Origin: Ylistrum balloti
Lineage: Eukaryota
DNA: 64,000 nucleotides
Assembly (NCBI RefSeq): GCF_031769215.1
Contig: NW_026781864.1
Location: 806,001 to 870,000 of the forward strand
Direction of reading: 5' to 3'
Shown: positions 27,535 to 47,188 of the stretch, piece after piece
How positions within the stretch are numbered: the stretch's first letter is position 1
How the letters are laid out: each line of letters begins with the position of its first letter
The notes under the pieces: generated by a model
The model's database searches: none
Told to the model about the DNA's origin: nothing
What the model saw: the letters and a program-made list of their open reading frames with translations, nothing else
Translations under genes and position numbers: made by a program

Positions 27535-29081
27535 TCATGACTTTTCCTTTCCTTTCAAGTCCTCATTTGATGTTTTCTTTTCTTTATTAGTACCAAGCAC
27601 ATCTTCTTCCAATTCGCCTAGATCTAAATCAATTGCCTTTGCAGCTTTCTGAAAATACAAGCATTACATTCTGAATGTATTGAAATTGATGTGTTTTGTT
27701 GAAGAACCTGAAGGTCTTTGTGACAGCAGATCGAAATTTGATTTCCATTTCATAACTACATTTTTATTATTCTAACTTATTTAATAACAATTATGTAACT
27801 AAATATTTAACAATATAACAAATCAGTTTTTTTTCTACATGTCCACCAAATGAAATAAATTCTAGGTTTAGTTCAGACAAATCTGTCCCAGTTTATTTTT
27901 ACTTCCAGGGTTTGATGTCTACCTTTACTGTGCTGTATCTTAGAATTCCTTGTCTACCCTAACTGTGTTTTATCCCAGATTTTGTTGTCTAACCTGTTGT
28001 GTTTTAGAGGTTGTTTTCTGCCATAGCTCTGCTATATCCTAGAATTTGTTGTCTACAATACCTGTGCTGTATCTTACAGTTTGTTGTCTGCAATAATTGT
28101 GACGTGCCCTAGAGTTTGTCTTCTACCCTAACTGTGCTGTATCCTAGAGTTTGTTGTCTACCCTAACAGTGCTGTATCTAGAGTGTGTATTCGACGAAAA
28201 TTGTGCTATACCTAGAGGCTGTTGTCTACCCTAACTCTCCTGTATCCAAGAGTTGTGTGAACAGACATTAAAATGTGCTGTATCTAGAGTTTGTTGTCTA
28301 CCCTAACCGTGCTGTATCCTTGTGTTTCTCCTCAAGTTTAAAATATGATTTTCAAGTTGATGGCTATATTGGATTTTTGACAAACAAACAAAATAACACT
28401 TGTACCAGACTATCTTGGGGTCATTTTGTTGAACTTTCAAATTTTCTTTTCAAGTTTATTTTAAAATCACATGGTGAATGATTATAAACAGTCGAGTGAT
28501 GAAGGCCATTGTGACATCTATTAACATTGACCTGCTCCTCTCTATGTAATTGAACTACATTGTACCTATCTATATCTGTTGTAATTAAATATTCTATAAA
28601 ATTAAGGATTTTCAATGATGTCATCAGGGAATAAAAAAGTAATAACAGCAAGTTAAATGAAAAATGCAATACCATTACAGTATACAGGCTATTTTATAAC
28701 GATTAATATATGTCACTTTTGACAAAACGTCAGACTCTTGTGGGTGATGCAACAAGTTAAATTATTGAAAATACTCAAAATTGTGAATATATGAAATATC
28801 TTAAATGTGATTGGACTGATCTTGAAGTACAATGCGAAATATCGCTTAACGGATGTGAATCAAATTCAAAACATGTAAAATTTGACAGATTTGCGATCTC
28901 CTTGTTTACATTCCGTTACCTTCACACACGCCTGATATTCTTTGAAAATCGGAGCACAGGAATCTTTCTTGGAGCCACGGAGGAATTCTTCAGGAAACCA
29001 CTTGTTAAAACATTTATCATAAGCACGTTTCAGTTCAAGACAGTCTTCACTAATACTGTCCGTGATATTTTCGTTTTCCAT
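27535..29081 (-). CDS. TRIAP1: TP53-regulated inhibitor of apoptosis 1 / Mdm35 (mitochondrial intermembrane-space lipid-transfer partner), 91 aa, 2 exons
   Basis: Exon 1 29081-28920: MENENITDSISEDCLELKRAYDKCFNKWFPEEFLRGSKKDSCAPIFKEYQACVK (twin CX9C-like pattern, Y-D-x-C-F-N-x-W-F motif), donor GTAACG. Exon 2 27648-27535 after TTTTCAG: KAAKAIDLDLGELEEDVLGTNKEKKTSNEDLKGKEKS*. Phase 0 junction. Confidence 0.93.
27905..28325. repeat. Degenerate ~39-40-bp minisatellite in the TRIAP1 intron
   Basis: Recurrent TGTGCTGTATCCTAGAGTTTGTTGTCTACCCTAAC. Confidence 0.8.
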
Positions 29082-29138
29082 GTCTGTTCACGTGCACGTC
29101 TTTTGACCGCGTGTGGGCTGTATTGCTCAGTAACAAAA

Positions 29139-29178
29139 CCGGAAATGCCGTGGAGCATCTTACGCTTCCACCGGAAAT
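29139..29178 (+). promoter_or_regulatory. Bidirectional TRIAP1/GATC promoter with two ETS/GABP-like CCGGAAAT motifs
   Basis: CCGGAAAT at 29139-29146 and 29171-29178, within the 301-bp gap between the divergent ATGs (29081 and 29383). Confidence 0.5.
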
Positions 29179-29382
29179 CGAAATATAATAGAGTACTTAA
29201 AAATAAGTTTGTTTTTTTATATATGGTTTGAACAATATCTTCGGACACTCGTTATCATCATGAAGAGTGCAATTAATGATAAAATGTTAATTAGATCTGT
29301 CGAACCGTTTATTCTATTTATATATATTCATACGCCGACTTGTTACCAAGGGGAATAACTCGAATTTGGTTCAACTAAGATC

Positions 29383-32300
29383 ATGATCTCAAGAACCGTA
29401 GGTCGTTTTGCAAAAAGATGCATCTCTTCAAAGGTAAATTGGTTATTGGGCGATAATAGATACATAAAGACAGAATGTGATTTAATATATATTGTTTTAT
29501 CGGATAAGATGTTTACGTATCAAAACATGTTCGTATTATGATATACTTGCACTTGTAAGTTATGTAACTATATTGTATTAAAAAAACTTCTTCTTTTGAA
29601 TGGTTGACCATATTTTAGCTAAGTATAGTTTATGATTTAACATCGAATGATATTAATTTATCAACAATTTATCAATTAATGTACTAGTATAAGTAGTATA
29701 CCCTAATTTGCATTTCCATTTGAATGGTTTGCCAAATTTTAACCCAACTTTGTTTGAAATATACATGTAATAGGAAGGACCGGTGAAAAAAACCGTCTCC
29801 GCTGGGCTCAAATTATCGGTCCTTCAGTCTCTAGACAGATAATCTATCACTCAACTAAAGGGTAATTCTCACTAGCCTAGGCAAGTTAAGTGACATGTAC
29901 TCTATAAAATCTACACTACTATCCCCTTCACAAAATCTGTGTCCCCTAAGACAACAACAACCCAGGTTCAATATCTGCGAGGAAGCATCACATTCGCCTG
30001 TTGTTTCAACTTTTGGAGTGTCCAATGGCACCTACTAATAGGAAAGACTCAAGAAGTAATGAAAAATACCCTGCCATCATTAGGATTCAAACTAGCGACC
30101 TCTCTAGTGGGACACTTCTACTTGACTATAGAAATTACCACTAGCCAAGGCTAGAAAGGTGATCTGTTCTCAAAGTATTTCTGTAAAAGAATTATGAGGG
30201 AGAATTTTGAATAAAAAAAAACACAATTTTTTTTTGTATTTTTTAAGGTACCAGATGCTCCAACATGGATAAATATTGATGAAGAAAAATTACCAAAGGT
30301 AGGTTTGTTCATGTAAAATAAATATATCTATAGAACTCCTTTGAGGTCTTCCAGGGGATTTGGTCGTCTTTTGTTTTTATTTAATTATCTGTTTTATAAT
30401 TAGATATATTTTTAACTTCCTCATCCTTCAATTTTAATGTAATAAGGTTACATGTCTTTGTCATAATACTTCTATATGCCTTTCAAAAAATTGTTGAATT
30501 TTTACTTGTATTATAGTGTGACAATGTTCGTTTGCTTTTAAAAGGCCTTTTTGATTTTTGATCAGTTTCAAACCTTGCAGCTCTGTCTCTTTGAAATTTG
30601 GCATTAGAGTTGTAGATTTTTTTTAGTATTTCATTTTTATTTTATGAAAGAATTCTTAATACAATTTTTCAACACTGAACCTCATTGACAGAACTTAGCG
30701 TTAATTCTCTTTTAGTTTCAAACAATATTTATAAAGCTTGGTAGGTTCTATGTTCTATGATGATATGGAGTTGTGATATCCTCAAAGATATTTATTGGTC
30801 ACTCTGTACAGAAGTTTACTGTCCCTAGTTCTTCCGCAGCTTCTCAAGAGAACTCCATTCTGTCTTAGCTATCTTCGTTTGGGGGCATTTGTTAAAACTT
30901 ATAACACTGTAGTTTTCCGTTCCACTTCTATTTTATTCCAATCAAGTTCCTGGTATGTGAGCTTGAATCTTAATTGTAGGTTGAGCGTGAAGACAACACA
31001 AACAGCTCCTTCCCATTTCATGATTTATTCTAATAAGTTGTGAATTGGGGAGGATGCTGTATACTTTTTGTATCCACAGCAGTTCCCAGAAGAATTCACC
31101 AAATATCATCAGTTGTGGGACGTTGTGCTTCCTTTAAGTTATGACAACTATGAGTGCCCAGGTCATCTCCTTTGTTAAGAATTTTAAATCGCTTTCTTCC
31201 AACTTTTCTGATTTCATTCACTACCATATTCCATCTTTCATACAGTTTTCCACCAATCTCTTTTGAACTTTGATGCTTTTATGTTGTAAGGTGCCAGAGC
31301 TTACAACACAAGACATTGATCTGATAGAACGTCTCTCATTGGTGGAGTTTAACAACAAGGCAGGAGTCGATCGTCTCACAAAAACTATACAAGCAGCCAA
31401 TAAATTATACATGGTGGACACAGAGGGTGTTGAACCACTTGACACAGTTCTAGAGGACAGGTGATACCATGGACGACACCTTTTTTCACCCTACATTTCT
31501 TTATTTCTATTGTTAAAACTAGTATGGAAGGTGTTCCAAACCAGACTTATGCTAGATTTAAGTTTAACCAGTTTTAGACTAAAACTAGATTTAAGTTTAA
31601 CCAGTTTTAGACTAAAACTAGATTTAAGTTTAACCAGTTTTAGACTAAAACTAGATTTAAGTTTAACCAGTTTTAGACTAAAACTAGATTTAAGTGTAAC
31701 CAGTTTTACAGACATTTATTGTGAGTCTTCTCATTTATAAAACAAATATACCCATGTTAGGGAAAAAAGATGATTTTTTTAATGGAATTATTTACATCAA
31801 AAGAGCAATGTACTTGTAATGTATACATTCATTTCTCTGGTGTCCTTACATGTTGTTTTGTTTCTATATACTACAAACTTGGCCCACATGTATCAGTTTG
31901 TGTTGGGCAAAGAAACAAAAACCAATAATATTTAATTTACCAGTAATTGAACCAGTTTGATACCCTGACATCTTAGTTTTATCTCATTATCACTTTGCTG
32001 CTGTTATTCTAAATGCCAGTTCATAGCTGAATTTTATTTTTGCTTTACTATAGCATGGTACACCAAGATTCTGTATTAGATATACAAAAATATCTCAAAA
32101 TTATCATAAAATTATCGTTGGTGTTGAAGTCTTTTAACATGATTGAATCATCTACCATGTACATTTCTTTACATAAGATTGAGATAAAGAAGACATTGTT
32201 TATCAGAAACCAAGAACTGACAATTTCACATTGTATATTATTGTGGTATCTGACAGCTGTCATTCTATTATTGATACTTAGTGTTACAAATTCCAGGGTA

Positions 32301-33025
32301 TTACATCTAAGGGATGACAAAGTCACTGATGGGAACTGCAAGAAAGATATCATCAGTAATGCAACAAAAATTATAGAAGACTACTTTGTGGCCCCACCAG
32401 GTAAGGTTGTGTACTGGTAATGGTAATAGAAGACTACTTTGTGGCCCCACCAGGTAAGGTTGTGTACTGGTAATGGTAATAGAAGACTACTTTGTGGCCC
32501 CACCAGGTAAGGTTGTGTACTGGTAATGGTAATAGAAGACTACTTTGTGGCCCCACCAGGTAAGGTTGTGTACTGGTAATGGTAATAGAAGACTACTTTG
32601 TGGCCCCACCAGGTAAGGTTGTGTACTGGTAATGGTAATAGAAGACTACTTTGTGGTCCCACCAGGTAAGGTTGTGTACTGGTAATGGTAATAGAAGACT
32701 ACTTTGTGGCCCCACCAGGTAAGGTTGTGTACTGGTAATGGTAATATAAGACTACTTTGTGGCCCCTACAGGTAAGGTTGTGTACTGGTAATGGTAATCG
32801 AAGACTACTTTGTTGCCCCACCAGGTAAGGTTGTGTATAATGATAGAAATAGTTTATTCATATACAGAATAATGAATCATATGACAGGCATAATGCTTTC
32901 ATTGAGAATCCAAAATAAAGTACTGAATTTCTGTATTTACAGGCAATATACCACTGATGAAAATTGAAAGGGATTACAAACCAGAAACAGCTGCAGCCTC
33001 CACAGTGTCAGACTCGGATACATGA
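29383..33025 (+). CDS. GATC: Glutamyl-tRNA(Gln) amidotransferase subunit C, mitochondrial, 5 coding exons, 152 aa
   Basis: Exons 29383-29433 (MISRTVGRFAKRCISSK, presequence-like), 30248-30298 (VPDAPTWINIDEEKLPK), 31291-31460 (..IDLIERLSLVEF..VDTEGVEPLDTVLEDR), 32297-32400 (VLHLRDDKVTDGNC..IEDYFVAPPG) and 32943-33025 (NIPLMK..DT*). All GT-AG with consistent phases. The LERL(S/A)LV.F, VDT.GVEP and YFVAPPGN motifs are GatC hallmarks. Exons 1-2 are the least certain. Confidence 0.92.
31552..31708. repeat. 33-bp minisatellite, ~4.7 copies, GATC intron 3
   Basis: CTAGATTTAAGTTTAACCAGTTTTAGACTAAAA repeated; source of the two 11-aa-periodic ORFs. Confidence 0.95.
32373..32838 (+). repeat. 53-bp minisatellite spanning the GATC exon 4 / intron 4 junction, ~8.8 copies
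   Basis: Unit ATAGAAGACTACTTTGTGGCCCCACCAG|GTAAGGTTGTGTACTGGTAATGGTA. GT donors at 32401 and every 53 nt to 32825. Confidence 0.97.
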
Positions 33026-33559
33026 CAACAAAAGTGAACTTTTTATAGCCAAAACTTTAACTGTTGATCTTAGTTTCATTAATGGTGACTGAAAGTGATA
33101 ACAATCAAATGTTAATTAATTTGTGCCAATAAGGTAATGAGTTTGGAAACTTGTGTAATAGTGGGTGAGCTCACAATCTATCTTCACATTGTTGATATTA
33201 TTAAAATGCTTTAATACTTAAATTATTGTCTTTTGTTGAGATTTTGTGAAAGTAGATAGGTATACACCCAGTTGCCTAATCCATATTGCCCAAAATATTG
33301 TTGGTAACATAAACATTAATGAAGTATGATGTGAATGTAATTATAATCTACAACAAGCTAGTAGGTAACGTGAAATTTTATTTCCGGTAGATAATGCCCT
33401 GTTACATTTGCACCCATGTCTTAGACACACCCACCAATCAGATGATCTTTGACATTTTTTTACTCTTGCTGAATACTACCACAAGTTTGTCCAGAATTTT
33501 AGACAGATTGCAGGACCTTTCAACAATGCACTACCGGTAACCCTCATGACTACTAGGTT

Positions 33560-34000
33560 GGAATTCAAACAAACAACCCACAGATAAATACATCTTTAGC
33601 TAGACAAACCTGGATGGACTATGGGTGGTCGTCTGCCATGTCAATATACAAATTTGACATCAAGTAAACAAAACTCAAAGGCTGATGCAATTTGCCCAGG
33701 CATTTTGAACTGATACTGACACCTAGGAATGTCTACTGTTGCAATTTTCTAGATAATCTACTGACTTTGTACAGAGGTATTAGACTAACTGGGGATTCTC
33801 TTGTGGAATGTCTTTGTATGTGCTCTGGATAGTCTGACATAATGCTGCATACTTTGGAGACAACTTCAATCTCGGGTTCCTTTGATCAACCAATTGTTAC
33901 CTTTGATTTGTCGCAATAAATGGCCTAAAAAGAAGACATTTTTACAGAATTAGGAGAATACTGCCATTACCTGGGTCTGGAGTATTTTAGCGTTGTTATA
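33560..34000 (+). pseudogene. Possible DIRS/Ngaro-like reverse-transcriptase relic
   Basis: YGWSSAMSIYKFDIK and ..YLGLEYFS loosely match G.GA.MAKFDIK and FLGLE.D; heavily decayed. Confidence 0.25.
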
Positions 34001-37000
34001 TTCTTTACGTTTGCAAGTCAGATTCTGTGCTGAACCAACTTGTGATTCCTGCACGTGTGTGTTGACCTACTTTATATTATACCTACACAATCTTGTTAGT
34101 CATCCTGTGTGTAACACTTCCCCTGCTGGAGGATATAAACAAGCACTAACTGTGTGCTACAGGAGACATCATCAACATATTGAATACTGCTGATCAACAT
34201 CCTGACCATAAGAACTAGACTGCTTCAACTCTCTCGCTATAGAAACTTGTAAATTAGGTTTCGCAAATCATTGGTGACTTATCACTTCATGTGGTACGGT
34301 CACACTGAACTAATGCGTAATATGTCAAATTAGGCAACAACAGATACTCGAATCGCAGCTGTGTCCATCACTTTAGAACAGTAATACTACACAATTTGAG
34401 TGCTGACTATGGTACAAATTTCTGCTGGGGTGGGTGTCATTCGTTGTTTCTGTCAATAGCTAGACATCGAGAAGTCAAAGACTTCACTGTACCATCCTAT
34501 AAATAACAAGAAAGTTACTGACCTCATCCAACTAACATGTTCCTACCTACCAGAATTTAAAATCACACGAAAGACTCTTCATCTGCCGCTCTCCGCAATC
34601 TTTTCCTGAAACACAAATATTTCATTCGTAATGAAAGGTAGGTTTTGGAAAACATCGTGGTCGCCGATTCTAATAATACTCAAGGGTAACATGAATAAGA
34701 TACATCCCTCCTTTCTCACAGTTACAAGATTTTACTTCCGTGTTTTATTGAAGATTAAAGGTAGTGAAAGAAGCATCATAGAATGTTATCGGAATTCAAA
34801 GATAAGTGAAAGGAAATTATTTTTATTTAGCTTCTTAAAAACCTAGCTCCAATGGTCAAAAGAGCAAATATTATTCTGCAGCATCTGCCGTCGAAGTTTT
34901 CCTTTAAATCACTACTACAGTTGTCATAAATGACAAAGTGACAGATTTTGACTGAAGCATCCTTAGGTGAAACGGTCTCAAGTTTGTATGAATGGTGAAA
35001 TGCGGAAGCATTTTTTAAAATGTTTGGATGAAGATGATATGACCAACTTTGTTCGAGAAGTTAAGATTATAATTGTCAAACCTATAACTAAATAAAACTG
35101 ATAAAAATAATGCAGTGTTATTGAATAATTGCATTATATAACCATTGAAACCAAGATGAATTGTTAATTTGTCCCATGCTGAGTACATTCATAACGGATG
35201 CAAGATGATTTCTATCTTCATTTTTGGTTCGTTTATTAGAAAGTAGTTAAACCTTCTCCAACTTCCACTCTGATGAATGTAGTCAAGCTAACATTAGTAC
35301 ATTTGAAAAACATGACATAAAAGTTATCCATTTGAGGACGCTGTGTAACATAACAGGAGAAATCTAGTAGTTGTATTATTACATACAAAATTCGTGATAA
35401 AGTGCCAAAAACTCAACCGGGCTGAAAAAGCCAAGCTTAGAATTACTCAATGGTTTTGCGATGATGTTAGCATTTTCGGAGAAAGATAAAATGCCATGAT
35501 GATATAAGCGTATAAACCAAAAGCATCTTCAAGGTTAATATGCCAAGCTGTTTCATTTGGTGTCCCATGGAAGACGGTATCAGTTGGGGCACCAATACTG
35601 ATCGTTGACCGACCGTAAATAAAGGGACATATAAGTGTGTAAAACTTTAGGGGTGGTAATTTTCCCTCAGGTATTGACTCGAATGACAGTGCTTCGTGTT
35701 ATACTGAAATGTCGCCTAAAAAGGACCAACGACCTCAGTTGAAAACCAGTACTCAACTTGTCCTTCCTTGATACAGTATACAAGACTTTAGAAAGGAGTT
35801 AGTCAGTGCAGCCAGCCAAAACCATGTCACGGTTGACCTTCAAATTCATTCGTCTTCGTCGATTGTTAAACATGAAAACAAAATTATCCTGGTTATATAG
35901 AATGGAAAGATTGAGACACGAGGTAGATTTTCTCAGCCGTAACTTTGGTGAAATAAACATGGTGAAACTTCAACTAAAGCGATCCCACTCCAAATTGATC
36001 GCCTCTTGATTTTGAACGAAAAACTGATGTACAAAAACCGTCTCAAAACCGATGTAGAATCAATCGATTGCTGGAACAGAATTGTAAAGAATTCAAAACT
36101 GATTCTATAAATCGGCCTTTCATGAGCGACCAGAATACAGTTGATTCTGTTATTAAAGTTGGAAGAAAAGGAAAACTATCTAGGTCTAAAACTTCAGAGA
36201 TTTCGTATGTCAAAACATTTTTCTTACAACAAGTATCTTAGCGCGGTTATGTGTTGTAGCAATTTGTGTGTGATAAGTGTTAGAACTGTTAGTCAGTGAC
36301 TTCAGTGAGCTAGGATTTCCAGTGTTTACGCATATTTATATAATCGTTTTCAGATTCCAGCATATTTTCTCATTTCACCTAAACGAGGCTGATTTGCAGT
36401 TAATATTGATTAAATTTTGGGTTTGAAAGGTACCTTTTCACATCACCACCCGGCAAAATTGGTGATCAGAACAAACACAACCGTAACAAACAGAAACAAC
36501 CACACAAGTCCTGACATATCAAAGTCATTTCAATCTAAATTCAAACTTGAATTCGACGAGATTAAAGCAAAATTTGGCAAATAAAAACGAATATGTCATA
36601 TATTAGTAAGGTCTAACTGTATATCGAAAATTCTAAAAAGCTACGTCATAGCATGCATGGGACTGTCAATCATTATTTAGTGCTTGAAAATACACGGACA
36701 CCCCTAGAAAGTACGAGGAGAAAACCGGGTGTCCAGAAAGATGAGTGCCTTACATCTCATCGACGACATCCGCAGTGCAGGTCTTGGTAAATCCAACTCA
36801 GCAATGAAAGCAAGGATTGTTTAGGAAATGTTTTCGGATGTATCGTTTTAGGAAGGTATTCCCATGTTTATCAGGTGACTAATAAGTTCATGTTATGTTT
36901 GTGAAATACATTAACTTAAACCTCCTTGTTAGCTGCCGCAGACATCCAGCAGGACGAACGAAACGAAATCGATCGAAATCTAATTACATTATTGCTATAG

Positions 37001-37561
37001 CGAGTTAATTGGCACGTTTATATTACTACATCTTATAACTACCTGTATAAAGCGGAGCAGACGAAAGACGCTGAAAGACCGAAAGGTCGTAATAGTGGAC
37101 GTAAAATCAGTCAAATTAAAAATAAAGAGCAGACGGTCATCAGAAATAGAACATGGTCAGTGAAATCGTTGTGATCCTATATCTTGTATTGTGTCTTTGT
37201 CTGGCTGTTGAGACCCTCCGAGAAAATAATGATATTGCACTGTAACAAGCCCTTGAATATCGAAATGAACACGGAAAAAAAGTATGGATAAATATCCGTA
37301 AAAATCACAGGTTGGGAAGAAGCAAGTATGTTGCTATCTAGAATGTGGAAAATTCACGATATTGTCATATTGCTGGGTTATATGTTATATTTTCCACGTA
37401 ATTCTACATGGAATTATATGATTTATCAAACTAGTTTGAAATATATACACGTTTTAGACACATATACCGTGCATGTGCTAGTTAGGAATAGTTAGTAAAT
37501 AGGTACGGAGGTGAACATGAGTTAGCTCCCCTATCTGTAAGTCTTCTGCAGCAGGACAAAC

Positions 37562-44085
<6,524 letters not shown>

Positions 44086-47000
44086 AAAGTGCTAAAGACA
44101 CTCCTACAGTTTGTACATAATATAAATACCTGTGTAATGGATCAATTACAAACACTCAGCAACTCTCTGTGTTGGTTTGAAATGTTACATTGAAGGAAAA
44201 AAACTTTGACTTTTTTTTTTAAACATCATTGTGATCAGTTTGAGTGTTAATAAATTAAAGTCAACTAACAAAGGCTGAATAAAGATGAGACAACAAAAAA
44301 AAATTATTAGTTTTTTTATGTTTTATCAAAATAATTCATTATATACTGTAATTGTAACAGTACAGTCATTAACATGTCAACTTTATCAGTTTTAACATAC
44401 CTCATACTTATGTATTGAAACATGTAGGTAAGGGCGGAGTAGAATGTACCAATGTTCTTTACAATCAGTAAAATGTATTAAAACCTTTACTCTGTATTTA
44501 TAAATAACACACCTTTGGCCATGTTTAGTTGATACAAACAATACAGACCTGAAGGAACTCTTTGTTTGATTGTACACTGACTTTACAGAAATTGTTAAAA
44601 AGCGAGACTTTGTCGCAGTCCTGAAAAAAGTCCAGATAACATCCATTTTTGAATTGATACTTCATTTTGATGTCTTGAGTCGCAAAATTCATGTGACACT
44701 TTGTAAAGATTTTTTCATCAGATCAGAAAATATCAGAGGACTTTGTCAATGGAAAATCAACATCATGGTATCACAGAGATCTGACACCCAAATAAACAAC
44801 AAACAAAGCAAACATACTTTTTCAAATATTTTAATCAATTTTGTAACAAATCATGAATTAATCCTGGCAGATTATTTAATCCCTGGCAATAATCTCATTT
44901 GTAGGGATAATCTACAAAATCTTACAAAATGACTAACATGCCAAAAATACCAACACAATGTATTAAGCGGACGGAATAAGACTTCACTACACAGATTTCA
45001 ACAGGCACAAAATAAACCTACAGAAAATATTTCTGGCAATTGTATCACATATAAGTAAATAGATCGTAAAATGTTTATACATTATACAAATTATCAACCC
45101 ATTCACTCCTCCTCAAGATTTAAACTCGTAAATTAACATGTGATCATGTACGAAAGTCAGACGAATAAACCAAACTCTTAAATAAGCCTTGAGTGGCTTT
45201 AATATCTCGATAAAACCTGAAGGTACCATTGGTTAGCAAGTGTACACTAACTCCACACAAATATTCATTTGAAAATATAATACATTTTGTAATTCTCTCA
45301 CACATAAAAAGCTCATCCCATTGGAATTACTTGTCAGAGAAAAACTGTATTATTTCAGAAGATATAACTAATTTTTTCAGATGGGCCCAGACTACAAAAA
45401 TAAATTTAAAAACTTTATTCCAGCTGATCAGTTCATTACAAGGTAGAGATTCTTCTTGTTGAAACTTTTCTCTGTTCTTCCTCTTTTCTTAAAGCACATT
45501 TTAAAAATACAATACCCAGTATGTGTATTTGAAATACACTTCATGAATTAAAATGATGGAGTACTAATGGTTGACAGCTACAATATTTTCGGCAAACTTT
45601 CAAAAACAACATATTTTCTGTCAGATTATCTGACCTTTTGATTTGTCTAAAGTACGATCTATACTAGCAGCACCCTTTAGGTCAAACATCATATGGAGGT
45701 CACAATATGCGTTGTCAGAACACAGACATTTATTGGTGAGAAATGGTCTAGCGATTGGAAGAGTCACAGATACAGAAAAGTTGTCAAACAACCAGAGTGA
45801 AGAGTAAGAATGAGTTACCTACAAATTCTACATAGTGTCTATGTATTTACTTTCTCTGTTAATAGAATAATTCAGTAATTGTAATAAATCAATATGTAAG
45901 TTTTCTGAATGGTATTTATAAAAGTAAAAAACAATTAACTATTTATCCATTATTAAGCAATTAAAACATATATCTGAGTACCATAACCAAAAACAAAGCT
46001 AGGTACTTCACGGGAGAAATTCCTCATCAAGATTTAACACATAAAAATAAAATAACTGTGTAGTTCAATAAATATAAATACATGTTATATACAGGTGTAC
46101 AATGAACTAAAATTATTAACAAGAATTACGTATAATTATATGTCTGGCTTTGTTAGTACAGTATATAGTAATTTTCAAGCAAAAAACACTTCGTTTTATG
46201 TCCGTCCCCCTCCTCCTTCAAATCTGTCCAGCTTCTCAGAATCAGTATCCCTCATTTTCTGAGTTACTGGACCGTAAAAAAACAGGGAGATATTCTGACG
46301 TATGACCGAGTACATAACAAGCTTTGGATCACACAGGAGTTTTACTTTAAACTTCAGAGCGGTGGAAAAGTAACACTAGTCTTGCTTTCATGACTGTCGT
46401 TGAATTGGAGAAAAAAAACTACGAGATCACACATGTTTTATGTTGAATGTCTACAGATGCATAAAAACTGTGTCCCATGTCACCAATATTGATTTTCTTT
46501 AAGCACCATTAAGAAAATAATGCAAAATTTATGCAATTTTTTTTTAAAAACCTGTGATTGATATCTTAAAATAATGAAGACTTGAACTAGAATCAATTGG
46601 TCACAATATAAGTATACAACAGTCACTGATATTAATGCTGTATTATAACAGAATGATATAGATACATAAGGATGACAAGTTTGTCACTGGACAGTATTTT
46701 TAATGTTGCTGTATAAATCCTGCAATGAGCTCAGGTGGCTAATCCTAACCTCAAGCATTTAGTAGATATGGATGGACTCATACCCAGTTAACAGTATCAC
46801 CTTCCTATGTAGATAAATTGCAATCATGTCATCATTTATTAAAAAAATATCCTGTTGAAAACTTGTATACATGTAGCTGTTAAGATCTAAGAAGAAAAAA
46901 AATCATCTTCGTTTTAGAAATGATGACTTGTTGGAAATATAGCTACGTTACATATGGTGCATAGATGACTAGAAACCAGTTGTAATTATAATCTATACAA

Positions 47001-47188
47001 GATTACTGTTTTGATCTAAATTGGCTACCCAGTCAGATTTCTAACACATGGCCATATTTTCACAATATAAAACAATAAAGAGTAAAACTTCAGATTTTCT
47101 CATGCACAAGAAATTTTTTCCTTTATAAAACTATGTTAATATGCTATACTCTTTCTTGTCAACATTCTTTAATGAAGGAATGATTTAA

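Noticed and set aside
28791-29231. 146-aa plus-strand ORF overlapping TRIAP1 exon 1
   Set aside because: Antisense shadow of a real exon and promoter; no recognisable homology.
37071-37092. Hammerhead-ribozyme-like CTGAAAGACC-GAAA-GGTC-GTAA
   Set aside because: The GACC/GGTC hairpin is real, but the core deviates (CUGANGA missing a G; GAAA is GTAA) and I could not build stems I and III. More likely a SINE-like 3' end or a dead copy.
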